The notes below the pieces were generated by a model that searched no databases, was not told where the DNA came from, and saw nothing but the letters and a program-made list of their open reading frames with translations. From Paraspadella gotoi (Eukaryota > Animalia > Chaetognatha), in contig JBJCIZ010000744.1 of NCBI GenBank assembly GCA_051294375.1, positions 920,262 through 984,261 on the forward strand: a stretch of DNA of 64,000 bases. Direction: 5' to 3'. Positions within the stretch are counted from its first letter, which is position 1, and every line of letters starts with the position of its first letter. The position numbers and the translations under genes were made by a program. This document shows positions 1 to 11,830 of this stretch, in pieces.

Positions 1-83
1 TGATGACGCAATGAGAAGAGATTTTGGCGAAATCGATTTCGTCGTAGAAGAGAAATTTGGCCACGAGGTTGCGAACCAAAAAC

Positions 84-85
<2 letters not shown>

Positions 86-139
<54 letters not shown>
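86..139. repeat. (GA)n microsatellite
   Basis: Direct reading. Similar (GA)/(CT) tracts occur at ~1007-1053, 2316-2347, 40729-40765, 44592-44635, 44932-44984, 48337-48371 and 55374-55449. Confidence 0.95.
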
Positions 140-143
<4 letters not shown>

Positions 144-203
144 AAAATAAAAAGAGAGAGAGAGACAATTACATTTAAAAGTAATATAACAAAAGGATAA
201 GGG

Positions 204-1005
204 TTAATCGCAGCTGAAGCAGCAAACCGGATGCATCCTCTCCCACCAAACCTGGATCATCCTCCTCCCCTTGGAGTGACACAACCCCAGCCTGACGTCG
301 TTCGTCCACAGGGTGGCCAACTGCTGCGCCTCCGGGTCAGGCTTGGCCCTTACCCCGATCTCCAGCTCGTACTCTCTGGCCAAACGAAAGAAGAGGAGGG
401 TGAGGAGGTGGAGGGAGGCGTGGTGAAAGGTAAGGGCGAGAGCGATAGAGTTGACATCGACGCCGTCGACGACGACGCAGCCCAATTTGACTTTGAAGGT
501 TCGCATGATGGCGAGGAGTTTGGAGCGAATGTCGCTCCGATGTTGACGTCGAGTTGGCGTGGCCTCTTCCGGCATGAGGGCGCCGTAAAAGTCGTCGTTT
601 GGGGAGGAGGAGGAGGAGGAGGAGGCGTTGGTTCGCCAGATGAGAGACTCGACGAATCGATTGTGGAAATGAAGGTCGGTGTTGATCTTGATCTCTCCGT
701 GTCTGAGGATGTAGAGAGGAAAAGAAAAGAAAAGAAAGAAAGTAGAGGGGAAAAGAAAAGAAGGAAAGCAAAAAAAAGGAAAAGAAAATGGAAAAAGAGA
801 GGAAAGGAAAGGGAGAAAAAAGAGAGGAAAAGGTAAAGGGTTTGGGAACTCAAATGATTGGAACGACGATGACAAATACAACGACGACGACGACGCCGCC
901 GACCCGTAGAGGTCAGTAAGAATGACCTGATTATAATCTACCATGAATGACCTTGTTATGGCTTCTTATAAAGTAGAGGTACACAATACATAGTAGGTTA
1001 CGTTG

Positions 1006-1057
<52 letters not shown>

Positions 1058-1280
1058 TCTTCGCCTTTGCCACGAAATCCTCGACAGCGTTGGCGACCAT
1101 CCTGGCGGAATCCCCGAAGTTGTTCGCGGATGCGGCGTGGATGGAGTCGAGCCAAACGACGCCGCGAGACGAAGGATTCTCGACGAAGGCTTTGGATTTG
1201 TCTGTGGGAAAAGGATTCCGGCGCCGGAGGAAGCTTCGACGCCGCTTCATGATAGAGGATGGGCGCCTGTTAATAAACAT
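204..1280 (-). CDS. Spliced gene of unknown function (exons ~204-703, ~850-1000, ~1055-1280; boundaries approximate)
   Basis: GC-rich, complex ORF segments (ILRHGEIKINTDLHFH...WWERMHPVCC; RGVVWLDSIHAASANN) separated by a minus-strand pyrimidine tract ending in CTCAG and by a (GA)n tract. No family recognised. Confidence 0.5.
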
Positions 1281-1377
1281 TATTTAAGATTCATTTTTTA
1301 TTATTATTTATATTATTTTTCTTCTTTTTCTCTTTCTCTTTCTTTCTCTCTTTCTCTCTCTCTCTCTCCCCTCCCAT

Positions 1378-1692
1378 TTATTCCATCTTTAACCTGGACG
1401 GCGACGTCGACCAATTAGCGCCAACGCCGGCGCCACCAGCGCCATCTTCGGCCGAGGATTCTCCCATGAGGCGGCGCGCCTCTCGCTCCAAATCGGCGGC
1501 GTCATCGTCGTCGGTAATGTCGATACAGACGAGATCCTCTTTCCGGCTTTTGTCCATCTCTTCTCCATCAACTCTCTTCTCTTCTCCATCAACGTTCATC
1601 TCTTCCCCATCGATTATCCTCCATTCTCCATCATCCCCCATTTCTACCTCGTCCGCCTCCTTCTCTCCATCAACCAAAAGAGTCACAGACAT
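1378..1692 (-). CDS. Acidic exon with repeated (V/I)DGEE units and a SIM-like VCIDITDDDD motif
   Basis: 104-aa ORF preceded by the acceptor-like TTTCGCCTTCAG. A ~21-bp coding repeat is visible as ctccatcaac units on the plus strand. Confidence 0.45.
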   Translation of the reverse strand: MSVTLLVDGEKEADEVEMGDDGEWRIIDGEEMNVDGEEKRVDGEEMDKSRKEDLVCIDITDDDDAADLEREARRLMGESSAEDGAGGAGVGANWSTSPSRLKME

Positions 1693-2313
1693 CTGAAGGC
1701 GAAATGAGGCGGAAATTTCAAGTTGGCGGGAAAGTCGCTCAAGTCGGCCTTAAACCCGGCCTTAAGAACACCACATCTTAAACCCGGGTTTAAGAAGCGA
1801 CTTACCTTAAAGCCAGCTTCATTAGCGAGCTGAACAAAGTCGGCGGGTTCGAAGGAGGAAGAGCATTTTCGGCGGAGGAGTCCGTGAAGACGAAAGAGTT
1901 TGGCGCCGAGTCGTTGGAGGGATGAGGAGGAGGGGGAGGAGGGAGGGAAGCGGGTCGTGAGGAAGAGACCTATGAGAGGAGGAAGAGGAGGAAGAGGAGG
2001 AAGAAAAAGACCAAGTGCCTTCTTATATTTAATGAGAAGTTATTTCATATTTAAAGTTCGATACAGTAACAGTTGCAATAAAATACTAAGTCTAATTCTA
2101 ATTTTATATTGTTTTAATAGACGAGCCTTTCATAGTTCGCTAATGAAAATATCATCCCCCCCTTCATTCTCCTCCTCTTACCCCCCCCACCCCACCTTTA
2201 ATCTCCATCCTCGATCGCTTCCTCTCATTCGCCTCCAAATTTCCCAGCAGAGGCGCTTCAGTCGTCAACAGGGACGTTAAGTCCGCCTCCTCGTTCTTTT
2301 GGGGATTTAAAGT

Positions 2314-2347
<34 letters not shown>

Positions 2348-2443
2348 NNNNNNNNNNAAAAACAAAACACATTCAGTCCTCCATTTCTTAAGCCCTCCAA
2401 TGATCCAATCCACCAAATGCTTCTCTCACACGTCATTCCACAA

Positions 2444-2595
2444 CACCAACAGATCCCCGAACTCAAAGCACCAACAGTTCCCTCAAACCCAAAGCACCAA
2501 AAGTTCTGTCAAACCCAAAGCACCAACAGATCCCAAACCCAAGCACCAACAGTACCCCCAAACCCAATCACCAACAGTTCCCCAAACACCAGGAG
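2444..2595. repeat. Minisatellite, ~6 copies of a ~25-bp unit (caccaacagwtcccnnaacccaaag)
   Basis: Head-to-tail units with no unique spacers. Confidence 0.8.
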
Positions 2596-2744
2596 TTCCC
2601 CGACGCACCTCCCACTTGAAGACCGAGGCTTCGATGACTTCTACATCTTTGGCTTGGGGGACGACGGGTCTCCCGCGACGGACCAGGTCCATCTGAAGTC
2701 GGCGTCCGGGGGGGGAGGGGGGAGTGGGTTTGAGAAAGAATGAT

Positions 2745-2992
2745 AGTTTAGTATTACTAATAGTATAACTATTACGGCAACGGGAGGATTGCCTGTGATA
2801 CCCGGCGCGCGGGGTATCTCAGCAACTGGCTTAAGGGCTGCGAAACCTCAGTGACCACATGTTTACACCGGTTTCCGTCGTATTTAAGAAAGAACTGGGA
2901 TACCCAGGGATTGAACCCAGGAAGCGCGGTTGAAACGAGACGAGGCTGAGGACGGACAGCGGAGAAGCAGCTGTAAGCCGTACTGCCACACG
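2745..2992 (-). mobile_element. tRNA-derived SINE-like element
   Basis: Minus strand has an A-box-like TGGCAGTACGG (~2978-2988) and a B box GGTTCAATCCC (~2903-2913), followed by a body and a degenerate TAA/TAG-rich tail at ~2745-2773. Confidence 0.45.
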
Positions 2993-3677
2993 ATGTAACT
3001 TTTTCAACTCTATATTGCACCCATGGGCTTGTAACTAGCCTCGGGAGTTTTCCACGCCGCCAAATGGGATTTACGGTTGACTTTACTCAATGAGTCAACA
3101 GGTCAAAACTGAGGGAAGATTTATATGCGGGGTCAACCCGACAATGCCCGCGGAAATGTAAAACAAATCATTGGCTTTATCAACCTCAAAGCGACGAACG
3201 GTAAATAAATAAATAAATAAATAAATAAATATATTAGCTCAAGCCTCACCGCCGTCCTCTTATCGGGCGCGGATTCCGTCCGAGTTTTTCTCTTCTTCGG
3301 TTTTGATTCCACGAGAAGAATTTTGTCGAATCGAAGAAGATTGGAGACGAAGGGTAGGAGGAGGGAGACGAGGAGGCGAGAGGGAGGAGGGGAGGAACAT
3401 CGACTCACCTGAGCGGGAGAGAGAGAGGGGGGAAGGACAAAGGGGTAATGAGAAGTGATTTAGGACAATGGAAGACGAATGTCTCTGTCTCTCACCTCGA
3501 CTCCCTCGATCCAGAGACTCGCGCTCCCGTGCGGCGTCCCCTTAAGGAAAGCTTTGACGCGGACGTCGACGCCCAATCGAGCGGCGGAAGCGGAAGAAGA
3601 AGTCGACGACTCCAATCGGGGACAAGCTGGGGGGGAGTAAGAGGGGAGGGGGGGAAGTAAATAGGGGGAGGGGGGAA

Positions 3678-4229
3678 GTATGAGAAGAAGTCTCTATCTT
3701 CTCCGATTCGTTTTCAACTATTGTCAAATGTTTGGCCCTTGGTCACATTGATACGACGACCCTAACTTAAGGCGATATCTCACTCGAATCCAACTACCTT
3801 CGTCATGTATTATTCTCAGTTGTACACTAATAAATGTATTGAAGAGACAGTAAAAATTGTTACGAGTTAGTGACAGAACCGTTCAATATAAGCAGTCCCT
3901 GAGCTCGGATCAGGCTGTAACACGTGTTACAGGGCGGGTTAAGCGCCCCCGTCCCTCTTAACTGCAAGGCCTCCGGCCGCTGAATGAACGGTTGGTGGAT
4001 TTTAGTCCACCATAGTATGTATATAGCCATAAGCATTGTCCTTTTAAACAATTAGGTCTAACAAAAAGAAAGAAAAGCTTTTCTCAACCGAAAACCCGCG
4101 AGTTCGAATCTTCGTGCTCGTCGCGTCCAAACAAAACGGATCGATTGAAAAATTTGGGGTCGAAGACGACGAACGACAAATTTTGATGAGGTCCGGTGAC
4201 GGCGTTGAGGAAGACGAAATCGGAGGACG
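3678..4229 (+). repeat. Segment X, directly repeated at 21975-22516
   Basis: gtatgaga...aaatcggaggacg matches 21975-22516 with scattered indels. Confidence 0.9.
3842..4014 (-). mobile_element. Short interspersed repeat family member, lacking the tRNA-like segment
   Basis: Reverse complement of 61425-61657. Also present at ~22140-22311. Contains the palindrome ctgtaacacgtgttacag (3915-3932). Confidence 0.7.
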
Positions 4230-4276
4230 AGGAAGAGTCGTCGTCGTCGTGTCGTCGTCCAAGAGGCTGTCAATAA

Positions 4277-4907
4277 TAAAGGAAGGAAGCGGAGGATACA
4301 ACCAAGAAGAAGATGAGTTCATCAATCTCATTTGCATATTGTCGTATGACATTGACTTGTCATAAAATTCTGTTTCCTGTGTCAATTTCATTTTCTCATT
4401 CACGAATTCACTTTTATCCGATTAGTGTAGCTATTGATGATAGTAAATGACTTAGAGAGATTTGGGACATTTATTAATGAATATATTAATCATATTAACT
4501 AAACTTATAACCGATATTCTTAATGGAAACCCAACTCTTAGGTATTTCAATTAAGTGTAAAGCTTCAGGATGAATTCTATGTTTGTTTAACCTTGGACAG
4601 AGTTTGGCTTCCAATATGGCATCCCATCCTCTCTGGTCTTATTTTACTTATTGGGTTAGAGAATTGTGTTAGAAGCATTTTATATATGTTTATTAATAAA
4701 GACTCTTTCTTTTCCTCCCAAGGGTATCTATTGCTTATATGACTTTACTTCCCTTAACGCTAGCTTATATGCTTCAAAGCAATTCTACTACTGAAACACA
4801 GCAAGTTAGCATCTCTTATTCTCAAGTAAGTTAATTGTATATTTATTTGGGAAACCTACTAGAGCTAAGTTTACTGTTATTATTAGGACGCAAATACTCG
4901 CCTTACA
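4277..4907 (+). repeat. 5' LTR
   Basis: taaaggaagga...gacgcaaatactcgccttaca is colinear with 16705-17382 and ends in TTACA. The terminal TG is not resolved in this copy. Confidence 0.85.
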
Positions 4908-4925
4908 TGGTGCATATAGGGCCGG
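4908..4925 (+). promoter_or_regulatory. Primer binding site (tRNA identity not assigned)
   Basis: TGGTGCATATAGGGCCGG directly follows the LTR-terminal CA. It is absent after the 3' LTR. Confidence 0.65.
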
Positions 4926-6455
4926 TTTTAAAAAGGTAAAGCCTCTTTTTTAGATATTTACCTGAGCTTCCCTCTCTCTGCTAGCTTATGCTTTAATACT
5001 TTAACTTTAAATTATTAGGAATAGTAATAGGCCTATACCTTATTCATTTATGCTAATTGCAACTCAACTTTAATATAATTTAAACAATTTATTTTATTTT
5101 CCCTACCGTTCTCCCGGTCCTGGACAGCAGTATTTTCTTGAGAAATAGTGGCCAGCTTGTTACTGCAACTTCAATCCACAATTTATGAAGTGTCAACAAC
5201 TGTGCCAATATTTTCAACTTCTTGTCCTTCACTACTTTCAGGCCAAGCAGTGTTTGTGTGCCTCAGCCCCAATTCAACTTCAACTCCAACTACCTCGCTT
5301 CACTTCGTTTACATCGGATTTCTTCAAACTAACATTTACCTGCCATAGAGGGTTTGGGACAAGTCCCATTCAAGGGTTTTCTAACAGGATCCCCTTTTCC
5401 TGTGTCAAGGGACACCGCAAACTAATAACAATTGGGGCCCAACTACAATAAACGTGACTTCCCTTTGGTGTCTTTCTGTCTCCTTATACATCGCCTCAAA
5501 ATTTACTCGTCTACCTCCAAACAGTCGTTCTCTTTCGTTTAATAGCCACCGTGGATTCGCCGTGGGCCTGGACACCACATGCCACTCCACTTATCTCGGA
5601 AAGATACAGAGGCTTAAAGACTTGTGAAGCGACTACAAAACTTTTTTAAATCTCTACTGCTCTATGAAATAATTTCCGACGTAACTCATAATGGTTTAGA
5701 TGTCCTTTTTTATTTTTTGCAACACTCTTTTACACCATTTATCTCAGATAATTAATTCTCTTCAGTGGAACCCAACTCCAATTCCTCGTCCTTTAGTTTG
5801 GGACATTAAGTTGCCATCCAACTCCTCTGATCTTGTCGTGGACGTGCACATTTGGCAAAATTTTCTTTTTAAAAACAATTTTAATATTTCGGTTTCAAAA
5901 ATGTCTGGTTATTTAGATGATATAATTTTCAAATGGCACACTAGATCAATTAAAATAAGATTTTATTTTCTGTCAAGTTTTCTTGCTGCTCGCCTACTTA
6001 ACATTGAAGTCTCATCATAATAACCCATCTTACCTGTGTGCCAGCAACACCTCTCTCTCCTGCAGTTCTTAACCAATATTACAATTAGAACAAACTGCTA
6101 ATTCCAATTGTTCATTCATCGCTCCTGTCAGGTTAGGTTTTGTGCTTGATCCGTAAATTTTGTGCCAATAGTATTTAAATTTAAATCATTTTCACAATTT
6201 TCTTTTTCATTTGACCAAACCCCATTCTCGTAGCTATACAAATTTGACTTTAGGCTTGAATTCGGGTAACCATTTTAAATTTTAAAATCCATTAGATAAT
6301 CCGGCATCTTTTCGGGAACCGACTATTTCTCTATTTTTTTTTAAAGCATTTTTTGTGGAACAGGCTATGTTGATTAATTTCACGCTATTGCTTGTCCAAC
6401 CAATTTTGGGTTTTTTTTTAATTCCGTCTTTAATTTGGTCTTGGGCCTGTACATC

Positions 6456-6487
<32 letters not shown>

Positions 6488-6749
6488 TTTTCCAACATTG
6501 AATAACACATAACTTAACTTAGAATATAAATATTATAAGAATTTTATCCTCCCTCTATTAATAGAGTTGTGATTTCCTTCATGGGTAAACACCACCATTT
6601 CTCTAATTGGTGAATAATTTTCTAGTACACCAAGAACTTCGCTGACAGGTTAGTTGATTTACTTCAACAACATTTGCTTGTCTCAAAAAAAAAAAAAAAA
6701 AAAAAAAAAACTTTCCAACATTCAATTTCTTTTCACTTCCACGCATACT

Positions 6750-8040
6750 CACAAAGGATTCTACCGCAAGAATTGGACATCAAAACCATTCTCTATAAAC
6801 CGACAAACAAAGACATTGAATTTGGTTAACCAAATAATGATCCCTTGCTGTTGTTGCAAGAGCCCTACCCAGATGATGCCACCAACCCAATCCAAAGCAA
6901 AATGCATGCTCAAACACTTACCATACGCAACATTGATGATTTGGGCCTACAAGCTATATGAAGGCTCTGGAAAACAATGCCAGCACTAAAGGCCGAGCTC
7001 ATCTCCAAGCTATCGGATCCCTCCAGAAACAAATAGTTTCAGACATCTAGACGCCCTTAAATGGATGGTGAAGTCCCTTTACATGTCTTTGAAAACCAAG
7101 TGATTAACAGACACACGCTCTCTTCATCCCATTGGTAGCACAAATCCAGAGCTGTTTCAAACAGGAAATCCACAAACTTTCAATTGCAGGGACTACCTCC
7201 TGACTACAAGTCCCTTTGTAGAAGTCGGCTTAGCTCCTCGCACCCTTATGACAAATCACTAAAGCCCGTGAACGAGCAAGAAAAGTGGAAAGAAACTATT
7301 GGAGAAATCAGATGGTAATTAACCATTTGCTGCAGCTTGGGCAGGTATAACGGGACTCAAACAGTCTCATTTTAAGGACTGCTATGAAGAGACAATGAGA
7401 TGGAAGCAACTCACTAACAAAAATAACACAACTTGACCTTACTACAGCAAAGCCCTGGAAACACAAAAAGAAATAAATGCCACATCACCCGCAACATTGG
7501 AAGAGATGAAAATCAGAAAGAAGGCAAAGAGAGTATAGATACCCGCTTCTCCTGCCATGACAGATTCGGGATGACAGGAGACGTTATGACCGGCTAATGA
7601 AGACCGTGGTTACGCGCAGCAGAGGATACCGCAGGGATGCATTCTAGGAATACAACCGCAATTTGGCGACTCCATTACCGGCATGCCAAGAGACAGATAT
7701 CGTACAGCCCTCGCGACCCCAGGAATAACAAGCTGGGGTGGGCAACATAGCCCAGGCAACCTATATCCAAAGAAGAGACCTATTCAAGACAATCGGGAAG
7801 GCAGAAACCCTCAATTTGTTGGAAAACTAGAATTTGAAGACAGACGTCGAGACAACAGCTCAAGAATCAGAGACTACAGAAGCTCTAGCAACAGAAGCTA
7901 CCAAGATCCCAAAAGCCCTCCACTTATGCAAACACCAGAGCATCCATGCAATCACAACAGCCATGAATCTCCTTACAGACGCCCGCAGAGCTCTCCTCAT
8001 CCTTCAAAACCATCAAGAGGATTTCTAGGATCCGAGCCAT
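6750..8040 (+). pseudogene. gag: gag-like region (frameshifted)
   Basis: Lies upstream of the protease. Contains an I-A-G-L-P-P-D-Y-K (F..GL-type) motif at ~7183-7210 and an R/D/S/Y-rich low-complexity C-terminal region. Confidence 0.5.
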
Positions 8041-8099
8041 AACGCAAGCCACGATATAGTCGGATATCCTTGTAAGGCTCACTTAAACCTTTACCAAAG

Positions 8100-11000
8100 C
8101 CAGACATAATTACAGAGATCTATGTAAATGTAAAACAGAATCCATTTAACCTCATAGATACAGGATGTTCCAACTACTTGTGTCCGCGAAGCATTCATCC
8201 AAAGAACCCTCATTTACAACATGTCCCATTTCAAACCACAAACAAATGTAGGTCACTCCATTGATTGGCTCCAGCATAGTCCAACAATCGGGCCTCATTC
8301 AGCCGAATTCTCAATAATGACGTTTCCTTCTTTGTAAATGCTAGAGTAATGAGAGGTTTAGTTAAACAATAGTTTAGAGGAATGGATTTCCTTTGCCATC
8401 ACCGATCCATCAATAGACCTTAGACAAAGGCCAACTTCAAGAATGAAAGACATTGACATCCCATTTTTGAAAACCATTCACAATTGAAATACTCCCCACC
8501 TCTCCTCCTTTGAATCTGTAGTTATTCCTCCTTTTTCTCGTATGCCCATTAAGGCTGTAATTCATACTGGAACCAAGAATCTCTACAAAAATTGGGGAAA
8601 CCCTTTATGCATATCTCAACCTTTACAAGAAATATTCGCCCACACAAGGAGTAACTGGTTGGTGCCTCATTGTCATCTGTCAATGAAGGAATCACCTATG
8701 TGGAAGTGCTTTAACTGTTTTTTCCCACTCCAGTAATTAATTAATGCAAAATACACTTCTGTCCTCATTTGAATTTGTGACCATCAGCCTCAGAAGATCC
8801 AACTTTTCTTTCGTTTGTTGATGAATTGTTTAACATCCCAGATAACCATAATCAACCAAACTAAATCTCAGCACACAAATCCCTGAAACTAAACAGGGAA
8901 AAATCAATTCACATCTGATCTCTCCAAAGCAGAAATTCCAGATGCGAAACCACAAGACTAAGTAATTTATTAAAAAGTCAAACACTCTAAGGCTTTGCAT
9001 GGCATGATAAAGACAATGGGAAAAGCTACTCTGGCAAAACATTATGCAAAATTGAAGCCAGGCCCACCCATAAGAGTACCACAAATTTCGTTGCACGCCA
9101 GAAATGGCTGAAGAATAGAAAAAAAGTGGACAGCCTTGGCGAAGGTATTTGCCAACCCTTCAGAGAGTCCATACGAATTTCCCAATTATCTTGGTCCCAA
9201 AGAAAGAAATGCGAAAAGATAGATTTCGTAAGTGGAACCTCCAGGAAACTCAAATGAACAATCAGAAAATACCAATTATCCAATGGACACATATCAGATT
9301 GCCTATCAAAGAATTAAAAGGCAAAATATTTTTTCAACAAATGGACCTCCTTAAAGGATTTTACCAAAATCCCCATAGCCAAATCTCAATAGAAAATTTT
9401 ACGTTTCAGCACACCATCCAGACATTGGGAGATGTGTCGCTTGCCAATGGGTGAACTTAACTCCACATCAAACCAATGAATGCAATGAAATGCAGCTCAT
9501 ATTCAAAGACTTTTCACCAGAACACCTCCTCACTTTTCTCGACGACATACTTGATAGCCTCACTCAATTTACAGGACCCACTCAAATGCTAGACAGAGTC
9601 CTGAACCGCTCTCAGAGAATGCCAAACCAAAACTTCATCCAGAAAAATCCTTTTTCTGCAGAAGCAAGTCGTCAGCCTTGGCTTTCTCTCTCTGGTGAAG
9701 GAATATCCTCCATAATCCGCAAGAACCTTGAAAAAATCCAGGCCTTGGGCCAATACCAAAGAATGTGAAGGACGCAGAGGCCATCCTTGGATTGGCATCC
9801 TTCTTATCGCCACTTCAATAAAAGACTTCTCAAAAATTGCTGCTCCCTTAACGGATCTGACAAAGAAGGAAGTCAACCTTTCCAATGGAAATGAAAAATG
9901 TCAAAATAGCATTCCGAGCAATTGCTCAAAGCCCTAACATCAGATTCCATAGGTCGGCCTATCCAGATTTTTCAAACAAGGAATTTTATCCTTAGGAGAT
10001 GCCAGTTTAGAAGCAATTGAATGGTTCCTTCTACAAAACATGACAAAGAAAAGGTCATCTGTTATGACTCCAAAAGCTGTCTGAAAGGCAACAAAATGGG
10101 CTAACTTTTGACGGCGAGAATTTTTCTACTCTATAATTGGATTAAAGCTACCGCCACTAACCTGTAAATAAACACTTCACAGCAATCAGCTGATCACAAG
10201 CCATGCTAAGTTGGAACAAACAAGAAATACCACCCGGAAAGATCCCACGGAAGACGCTCTCGCTGGGGCAAGTATTTCTAAACACCCTTCTCTTTCACTT
10301 ATTACATCGAGCCTGGCAAAAGCATTGGAGATGCTGACGCAATGTCACGGAGACCCTCTGATAACCACTAATGAATCCATTCACAGGACAAGAAAAAATT
10401 TGAATCATTTTTAAAAAGATATCCAAATTGAGGAAACCAATCAATCAAACATACAAACAAAACAGACGATGTTCTGCTTGGGAGTAACAGAAAGATGACC
10501 ACCACAACTTGTTAAACATCCTTTGTGAAGAACAATCTTTAGAACATCTCAAACACACAAAGAAATGACCCTGACATAATGTCAGTCATTCAACAAAATC
10601 AACACACAACAGAAAGAAACGACAGATCAAAGGTTCTGTCACCGAACAAATGGTACGCAAAACAATACCCAGCTACAACTCAAGGATTGAATGTTCTCTA
10701 TCTGCCAACCAAACATCCTGATTTCCTTTTCTCATCTACAAAACCATTGTCCCCATCCACTGTTGTGGAAAATATCCTAAAGAAACGGATGGAACTCATT
10801 TACTGGTCACACCAATCAAAACAAAAGATGAATGAAACCATCAACCATATGGGCCATTTGCCCAATTTGTGGTAGACAAGACAATTACGTGGGAGAATTG
10901 CTATGAATGCCAATGTCTCAGAGAACCAAAATCCCACCAATAAAGCACCGCTTAGTACCTTTGGAAGTCGTTAGACCTATCGCAGCAAGATACAAGCAGA

Positions 11001-11830
11001 TCTATTGAAACTCCTCTTTCACATAGAGGCTTCAATAGATCTTGGGTGACACTGATAATTTTACAAAATGAAGAACTTTTATGCAACAAAAAAGTAAGAC
11101 AGGCTGAAGAATATAGCAGATCGCTTGCCAAGATCTATTCTCAGACATGGTCCGCCAGAATGCATCACCACAGATAACGGCGGCGTTATGACGAAATCAA
11201 TGCAGGTCCTTGCAAATTTATGAACATTCATAAATCACATTCACCTCATTATACATCCACAGTATCCCAGGAGCCACAGAAAGGCATAATCGTTCAATTA
11301 TTGCAGAGGCTAACCAAAACGTCTTCTGCACAAAGACAAACAGGTCAGTGGCCGAAGCAATTGCCATTTCTACCAATATGCCATGAACACACCCCTCATA
11401 GCACCACTAAACAGACCGCCCTTTTCATGAACATGCGTCTGAGGAGCGAACATTCCCATCCGAACAGAATCATCCCTTCCAAAAATCCAAAACTCTCAGT
11501 TTAAACAATACATTAGTGATATAATAAACATTTCAACATCACTCTAAAAGAAAATCACAAAAAGAAATACAACAAGCCAAAGAAAAGCAAAAAAACACCA
11601 AATATGATAAACTATAATGAAATATCAGCCCTACCGAGAAGGTGACAAAGTATGGGAATTTCAACCACGTAACATTCAGAAAAATTAACCCCCGACTGGA
11701 ACGGTCCACTCTACAATTATCAGTAAGAAAACTACAAAGGACGGGAAACCTCCACAGTTAATTACATTTGCAAAAAACCTGATGGTTCAAAATCTACCAA
11801 CACCACAATCAATTAAAACCATTCTCCAGT
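8100..11830 (+). pseudogene. pol: pol polyprotein (protease, RT, RNase H, integrase), frameshifted
   Basis: PR: LIDTGCS at 8151-8171 and GMDFL. RT: MDLLKGFYQ, RLPMG, FLDD at 9535-9546, IKDFSKIAAPLTDLTKK. RNase H: DAS, DHKP, GDADAMSR. IN: CYECQ, DNFTK, RHGPPECITTDNG at 11143-11181, and WNGP (GPY/F-like) at ~11697. Confidence 0.92.

Noticed and set aside
2444-2595. CRISPR-like array
   Set aside because: Units are head-to-tail with no unique spacers, there are no cas genes, and the context is eukaryotic. It is a minisatellite.
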